Part shown: positions 35,074-40,409 of the stretch, piece by piece | Position numbering within the stretch: the stretch's first letter is position 1 | Layout of the letters: every line of letters begins with the position of its first letter | Assembly: GCA_964247135.1 (NCBI GenBank) | Contig: CAXTTL010000014.1 | Location: 1 to 40,409 of the forward strand | Length of the DNA: 40,409 nt | From: an uncultured Deinococcales bacterium | Lineage (GTDB): Bacteria; Deinococcota; Deinococci; Deinococcales; JAAFIG01 | Reading direction: 5' to 3' | Translations under genes and position numbers: made by a program | Notes under the pieces: model-generated | What the model saw: only the letters and a program-made list of their open reading frames with translations | What the model was told of the DNA's origin: nothing | Database searches by the model: none

Positions 35074-36003
35074 ATGACCCGCAAAATCATTCTTGACTGC
35101 GACCCAGGACACGACGACGCCATCGCCATTTTACTGGCACTTTCCAGTCCCGAACTCGAGGTGCTGGGCATCACCACCGTTTACGGCAATGTGGGTTTGG
35201 CATACACAAGCCGCAACGCCCGAATCATGGTCGAGTTGGCGGGCAAAAGCACCAAAGTCTTTGCGGGCGCAAGCCGACCATTGCTGCGCGAACGCATCAG
35301 CGCCGAAGACGTTCACGGCAAAAGTGGACTTGAGGGACCCACGTTTGAAGAACCCACACTGCCACTGGAAACCAAACATGCCGTGCAATTCATCATCGAC
35401 AGCATTCTCGAGCATCCAAACCAAGTCACGCTCGTTCCGGTCGGCGCATTCACCAACATTGCGCTCGCCATGAGGCTTGAACCTAAAATCATTCCCTTGA
35501 TTGGGGAAATTGTCGTGATGGGCGGCAGCACGACGCTGGGCAACACCAGCCCCGCCGCCGAATTCAACATTCTCTGCGATCCGCACGCCGCCAGCATCGT
35601 CTTCTCGAGCGGTGTGAAGTTAACCATGTTTGGACTGAACTTAACGCACCAATGCCTCGCCACGCCAGACCGCGTGGAAAAATTTAGAGCGCTCGGAACA
35701 AAAGTTGGCACGGTCACCGCGCAATTGCTCGAGTTTTTCAAACGGGCGTACAACAAGCGTTACGGCTTTGCTGGACCGGCACTCCATGACCCTTGCACCA
35801 TTGCGTACCTGCTCAAACCAGAATTGTTTACCGTGCAAGCCATGCACGTCGAGGTGGATATATTACCAGGACCCAGTTTTGGACGGACGGTGTGCGATGT
35901 TTGGAATGTGACGGGCAAAGCTGCAAACTGTGATGTGGCGATGACCGCCGATGCGGACGGGTTTTTTGATTTGCTGGTCGAAAGACTTGGGACGTTGGGT
36001 TAA
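35074..36003 (+). CDS. Inosine-uridine-preferring nucleoside hydrolase
   Basis: DCDPGHDDA, VHGKSGL, TNIALA, AEFNILCDPHAA, LHDP. Confidence 0.93.
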   Translation: MTRKIILDCDPGHDDAIAILLALSSPELEVLGITTVYGNVGLAYTSRNARIMVELAGKSTKVFAGASRPLLRERISAEDVHGKSGLEGPTFEEPTLPLETKHAVQFIIDSILEHPNQVTLVPVGAFTNIALAMRLEPKIIPLIGEIVVMGGSTTLGNTSPAAEFNILCDPHAASIVFSSGVKLTMFGLNLTHQCLATPDRVEKFRALGTKVGTVTAQLLEFFKRAYNKRYGFAGPALHDPCTIAYLLKPELFTVQAMHVEVDILPGPSFGRTVCDVWNVTGKAANCDVAMTADADGFFDLLVERLGTLG

Positions 36004-36039
36004 TTCAATGCTAAAGCTTCGTAGAATATACTCAACCTC

Positions 36040-36903
36040 ATGAGCAGCAACATTCTCAGAGCGATGGTCAATATTGCGGCTCGAGATCAATTTTTACTCG
36101 CCCACGAAGAACAAAACCAAAATCGTATCAACCGCCTTGGCGAAAAACTCGAGGTGTTTGTTCAGCAGGCGTTTGCAGGTGTTTTTGAAACGCAAACTGA
36201 ACTCGAGTTGGCACAACAAACGCAAAGTATTTTTTCGTATGTTGGAAACAATTCAAATCCACCAGACTTGATTTTAAGCGGCGGTGATGCAATTGAAATT
36301 AAAAAAATGGAATCATTGAAATCTGCCATTAAACTCAACAGTTCGTATCCAAAAAGCCATTTACATAGTGATTCAACCCTTTTAACCCAAGCTTGTCGCA
36401 ATTGCGAATCGGATATTTGGCAAATCAAAGACATGGTATACGTTATCGGTTCGGTAAAGGATAAAGTCTTAAAACAATTGTGGTTTGTTGATGGTGCTTG
36501 TTACGCTGCAAGCCGTGACGTATATGAACAGGTTTTCGCACGAATTTATGGTGCAGTACGTGGAGCAAAACACGTTACATTTACAAAATCTCGAGAATTT
36601 GCACGAGTTGTTAAAATTGACCCACTTGAGCGAACAGTTTTGCGAGTTCGTGCAATGTGGGAAATTCAACATCCAAGCAAAGCTTTTCAAGATTTGCTTG
36701 GTCAAAAACCAACGAAGAACTTTCGGATGTTGGCAATTTTGCGCGAATCAAAGTATCAACAGATTTTGAGTTCTGACCCAAACCTCGAGCCTGAACTTGA
36801 TCGTTTAAGCATCCAGAGAACACCCGCACAGGTGCTCGATCCAAACAACAAAGCCAAGCTCTTGGACGTTCGGTTTGTGGAGTACGAGGCAAATCATGCC
36901 TGA
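36040..36903 (+). CDS. Type II restriction endonuclease, NgoPII family (GGCC)
   Basis: FSYVGNNSNPPDLIL.GGDAIEIKK, LNSSYPKS, IDPL.RT.LRVRAMWEIQHP, motifs I recognise from R.NgoPII. Confidence 0.85.
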   Translation: MSSNILRAMVNIAARDQFLLAHEEQNQNRINRLGEKLEVFVQQAFAGVFETQTELELAQQTQSIFSYVGNNSNPPDLILSGGDAIEIKKMESLKSAIKLNSSYPKSHLHSDSTLLTQACRNCESDIWQIKDMVYVIGSVKDKVLKQLWFVDGACYAASRDVYEQVFARIYGAVRGAKHVTFTKSREFARVVKIDPLERTVLRVRAMWEIQHPSKAFQDLLGQKPTKNFRMLAILRESKYQQILSSDPNLEPELDRLSIQRTPAQVLDPNNKAKLLDVRFVEYEANHA

Positions 36904-37936
36904 GCCATCACTGATATCTTTATTTTCTGGCGCAGGTGGTTTGGATTTGGGTTTCCACCAGGCAGGATTTCAAACCATTTGGGCGAACGAATATGACAAA
37001 CAAATCTGGATAACCTTCCAAAAGAACTTCCCGAATGTCAGATTGGACAAAAGAAGCATTACAGCCATCAACATTGAAGAAATACCCAACGTGGACGGCT
37101 TAATTGGGGGTCCACCGTGCCAAAGTTGGTCTGAGGCGGGTGCGGGGCGCGGCTTTGACGATGCTCGAGGTCAGTTGTTTCATGAGTATATTCGTGTTCT
37201 CAAAGCAAAAAAACCACGTTTTTTCGTTGCCGAAAATGTTTCTGGGATTTTGCATCAAAAGCATAGGAAAAGTGTAGAAGGCTTTATGAATGATTTTCAG
37301 CAAGCTGGCTATCACGTTTCTATTATTGCCGTAAATGCCTGTGATTATGGTGTAGCCCAGGAACGCGAGCGGGTTTTTTTTATTGGCTATCATGTTGATA
37401 CTGGAAAAACATTTCAAATGCCACAAAAACAAAACAATAAACCATTACTTCGAGATGTAATTGAAGATTTACAACACAGCGCCCAACCTGCGCTCGAGAA
37501 GAATTACGCCAATGAAAATCTAGAAATACCCAACCATGAATACTGGATTGGCGATTACTCGAGTCATTACATGTCCCGCAACCGTGTGCGAAGCTGGTCT
37601 GAGCCTTCTTTTACCATTCAAGCCAGTGGGCGACACGCCCCAATGCACCCTCAAGCGCCCCGCATGGAATTTGTCGAACGTGATTTGTTTCGTTTTGTCC
37701 CAGGTCAGGAACACTTGTACCGACGTTTAACGATACGTGAAGCCGCTCGAGTTCAAAGTTTTCCAGATGATTTTGTGTTTTTGTATCGTAACCTTGCCGA
37801 CGGCTACAAAATGGTCGGGAATGCTGTACCACCATTGCTGGCGCAACAAATTGCATTGCAAATTCGTGCCGATTTGTTTGAACCAACCGCAATGATTGCA
37901 CCACAAAGAAATTTGAGCCAAGAGCCATTATTTTGA
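36896..37936 (+). CDS. C5-cytosine DNA methyltransferase, M.HaeIII/M.NgoPII-like (GGCC)
   Basis: SLFSGAGG, GGPPCQSWS, ENV, QERERV, target-recognition region MSRNRVRSW...QASGR...HPQAP, GNAVPP. Confidence 0.92.
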   Translation: MPEPSLISLFSGAGGLDLGFHQAGFQTIWANEYDKQIWITFQKNFPNVRLDKRSITAINIEEIPNVDGLIGGPPCQSWSEAGAGRGFDDARGQLFHEYIRVLKAKKPRFFVAENVSGILHQKHRKSVEGFMNDFQQAGYHVSIIAVNACDYGVAQERERVFFIGYHVDTGKTFQMPQKQNNKPLLRDVIEDLQHSAQPALEKNYANENLEIPNHEYWIGDYSSHYMSRNRVRSWSEPSFTIQASGRHAPMHPQAPRMEFVERDLFRFVPGQEHLYRRLTIREAARVQSFPDDFVFLYRNLADGYKMVGNAVPPLLAQQIALQIRADLFEPTAMIAPQRNLSQEPLF

Positions 37937-37999
37937 GCATTTGCCATAAAGTTTGATCTCGAGATGTGAAAGATTGCTTCAACGCTCGAGATGCGCGTT

Positions 38000-39157
38000 T
38001 TACCCCAGCAAATCACCCTCAGAAGACCGCAGCAGGTCGTCCTCAACGGTCGGTGTCGGCACCGCTTTCCCGGGACGACCGGTCACCATTTCGACCTGGA
38101 CCACCTGCCCTTCGCTGGCGCGGTACAAACGGTCATTGATGGCGCGTCCCAAACCAACATCGGCAAAACCGTGGGTCAAGATCACATCCGCACCCGCACG
38201 GTCGAGCGCCCGCAAGCCCGTAAACAGTTGGGAGGCAATAAACCACTGATTGGAACACGCGCCCAAATTCACGCGCTCGGCGTTGATACCGTCCAAACTG
38301 AGCATTGAAGAATGGCAGAGCAACAAGCCCAAACGTTGCCCCGACGCCACAATTGCATCGGCTTCCTTTTTTAATGCAGCACGAAGCGGCATTCCCACTG
38401 CGCCCATCAAGCAGACCATCTTGGCTCGAGGGGCGTAATGTTTGATTTGCATTCCAGGCGAGGACGCAATCGAATTGGCATCCATCACAACCTCACCAGG
38501 CAATGCCACCTCGCCCAGTACCCGCTCGAGTTCCTCGAGTGGCACACCGCCAGGGCGTAGTAAGGTTGGAATGGAAGTGGTCAAGTCGAGCACCGTGCTT
38601 TCCAAACCAATTTCGGTTGCGCCACCGTCAAGCACAATGTCAACCCGATCTTGTAAATCCTCGAGCACGTCGGCGGCACTGGTCGGGCTGGGACGGCTGA
38701 ACAAATTGGCGCTTGGCGCGGCAATCGGTACGCCAGCCGCACGAATCAATGCCTGAGCCACCTTATGCGATGGCACACGCACCGCCACGGTGTTGCCGCC
38801 ACCCGTCACCTCGAGCGGCACGCCCGAACCACGGGGCAAAACCAGGGTCAACGCTCCGGGCCAGAAACTTTCGGACAGTGCATCAATTTGACGCTCGAGC
38901 ACCCGCATGGCGGAGGCGGTGGTCAGCATTTCGACCTCGAGCGGACTGGCAACATGCAAGATTAAAGGGTCGGTGCTGGGGCGGCGTTTGGCTTCAAAAA
39001 TCCGTCTGACCGCCGTTGCCGATAAGCCATGAGCGCCCAGACCATAAACGGTTTCGGTCGGGAATGCGACCAGACCGCCCGTTTGAATCATGCGTGCCGC
39101 CTCGAGCACGGCATCAAATTCGGGGTTGTCTGGATTGACTTTTAAAACTTTGGTCAT
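38000..39157 (-). CDS. sua5: Threonylcarbamoyl-AMP synthase (Sua5/TsaC2)
   Basis: FPTETVYGLGA, KRRPSTDPLILH, AAPSAN, GLESTVLD, SPGMQIKHYAP plus Sua5 C-terminal domain. Confidence 0.93.
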   Translation of the reverse strand: MTKVLKVNPDNPEFDAVLEAARMIQTGGLVAFPTETVYGLGAHGLSATAVRRIFEAKRRPSTDPLILHVASPLEVEMLTTASAMRVLERQIDALSESFWPGALTLVLPRGSGVPLEVTGGGNTVAVRVPSHKVAQALIRAAGVPIAAPSANLFSRPSPTSAADVLEDLQDRVDIVLDGGATEIGLESTVLDLTTSIPTLLRPGGVPLEELERVLGEVALPGEVVMDANSIASSPGMQIKHYAPRAKMVCLMGAVGMPLRAALKKEADAIVASGQRLGLLLCHSSMLSLDGINAERVNLGACSNQWFIASQLFTGLRALDRAGADVILTHGFADVGLGRAINDRLYRASEGQVVQVEMVTGRPGKAVPTPTVEDDLLRSSEGDLLG

Positions 39158-39175
39158 GACTGTCTTATTTTAACG

Positions 39176-40408
39176 TTACTTTTTGCGCCCTGCGGTCAAA
39201 ACCTTGGTGAGGGTTTCAAAACCAGCCTCGTCACCACTGGCAAGAAGCGCCGCCTGTTCCGCCCAGGTGCTCAAACTGGCGGGTTTTCGCAAGCCTGCCT
39301 CAAGCAAAATTTTCTCCAGTTTGACGGGTTTGGCTTTGCCGAGTTGCGCGAAGGTTTTGATTCCTGCCTCGAGCAAGGCGCTGGCGAATTTCGGTCCGAT
39401 GCCTTCGATACGCTCGAGGTTGTCAAGGGTGTTTTTGGGTTTGGTGGGAGAGGGCGCAGTAAGCGACCCAAGCCCGTCAGGTGCTGTTTTAGGGTCAAGA
39501 AGCAGCGCCCCTACGGTTTTTGTTGTTTTGGGTGTACTCGAGGGTTTTGTTGCGGTCTTTTTTGGTTTGGGTTTGGTGTTTTGTAGGGGCGCTGCTTGCT
39601 GCGCCCTGACAGTTTTGGCGGTTTTCAACGTGGGTGTTGTGGCGGTTTTTTGGGTTTTGGTTTTCACCGTTTTACCAGCAACCGTTTTCGCTCGAGATGC
39701 CTTTTTAACATTCATCAAAAGCTCGAGTTTGTACCCTGTTTTTTTCGCGCCATTTTTGAGGCTGGCGGCAAGTTTGGTAAACGTTTTTTCAGCTTCAAGA
39801 AATGAGGCAATACTGAGCGCATCATCAAGTGTTTTCTCGAGTTGCGCTTGACCCAAATAGGTTGTGCCTTCGTAGGTGTTCAAACCCAGGGCATTGCTCG
39901 CGTCTGAATCGGCAGTCCAGGCACCCAGCAGCGCCTCGAGTGTGCTGGGTTTGGTCAGGCTCTCCTGGGTTGAAACCAAGAATTTCAGGCGTTGCACGGC
40001 ATTCCAGGCTTCGTCGTGACTCGAGCCGAGTTCGCTGAAGGTGCGTTCGATGCTGGCGGCGAGCAAGTATTCGCTAAGCCAGACTCGAGATTGGGCTGGC
40101 GTGCTTGCCAAACCTTTGGTCAGAATCCAAGCGATGGTCATGGGTTGCGGGATTTTGAGTTTCTCCAGGTTTGATCGCACGGTTTTGGCATAGGTTGTGC
40201 CGTCCAAGTCCGATCCCGCAAAAACTTCGATGCCGTCTGTAACAGCTTTAGCTTTCATCTCGAGTTCGCCAAAAAAGAGTTTGGAGGGTTTGTCCATCAA
40301 TGCCTTAAACGTTGCGGCGTTCATCAGGGCGTTCCAGGGCGTCAAAATCGGCTCGAGGTACAATTCGCGCGTGGCTTGTTCAATGCTGTACACGCCGCGC
40401 CCACCGAG
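39176..40408 (-). CDS. C-terminal part of a large protein with a Lys/Thr-rich linker and terminal helix-hairpin-helix domain (partial)
   Basis: Frame open to the window end (LGGRGVYSIEQ...); C-terminal DNLERIEGIGPKFASALLEAGIKTFAQL HhH/DUF4332-like motif. Confidence 0.75.
   Translation of the reverse strand, partial: LGGRGVYSIEQATRELYLEPILTPWNALMNAATFKALMDKPSKLFFGELEMKAKAVTDGIEVFAGSDLDGTTYAKTVRSNLEKLKIPQPMTIAWILTKGLASTPAQSRVWLSEYLLAASIERTFSELGSSHDEAWNAVQRLKFLVSTQESLTKPSTLEALLGAWTADSDASNALGLNTYEGTTYLGQAQLEKTLDDALSIASFLEAEKTFTKLAASLKNGAKKTGYKLELLMNVKKASRAKTVAGKTVKTKTQKTATTPTLKTAKTVRAQQAAPLQNTKPKPKKTATKPSSTPKTTKTVGALLLDPKTAPDGLGSLTAPSPTKPKNTLDNLERIEGIGPKFASALLEAGIKTFAQLGKAKPVKLEKILLEAGLRKPASLSTWAEQAALLASGDEAGFETLTKVLTAGRKK
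39451..39607. repeat. Cluster of GTAG-REP copies inside a CDS linker
   Basis: Exact 25-mer at 39583-39607 (+), degenerate inverted copy at 39491-39514, more degenerate copy at about 39451-39469. Confidence 0.8.
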
Positions 40409-40409
40409 C

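Noticed and set aside
36040-37936. Local R-M system as the cause of CTCGAG enrichment
   Set aside because: Both proteins match GGCC-specific NgoPII/HaeIII types, not XhoI-like enzymes.

Overview
A chromosomal window of roughly 50% GC, most likely from a Deinococcota (Deinococcales-like) bacterium. The support is LysK of the LysW lysine pathway, the recF-DUF721 pair, a tmRNA tag resuming on Gly, and many leaderless genes. Contents: adaA-ogt and alkA alkylation repair; TetR-P450; ltaE; tRNA-Val followed by an IS3 relic and a 37-bp tandem repeat; lysK; a MazEF-type TA pair; a SpoIID/LytB gene; an ornithine cyclodeaminase-family gene; an atypical tRNA-Asp/Glu/Ile cluster; and a purine operon (purF, fused purD-purM, an inserted vapBC, purB, purN, fused purS-L-Q, purC). 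Further on: two small beta-barrels, recF-dciA, a ROK kinase, asparaginase II, PqqD plus an HprK-like kinase, tmRNA, cdaA-cdaR, mscL, a nucleoside hydrolase, an NgoPII/HaeIII-type (GGCC) R-M system and sua5. Best candidate novel system: the three non-canonical tRNAs are preceded by a 34-aa leader ORF rich in Ile/Glu/Asp codons and a terminator/antiterminator pair, i.e. an apparent ribosome-mediated attenuator controlling backup tRNAs. Other highlights: extreme HIP1-like over-representation of CTCGAG, GTAG-REP elements translated in-frame inside two unrelated proteins, and a synonymously recoded duplicate of the spoIID 3' end flanking an AT-rich scar.
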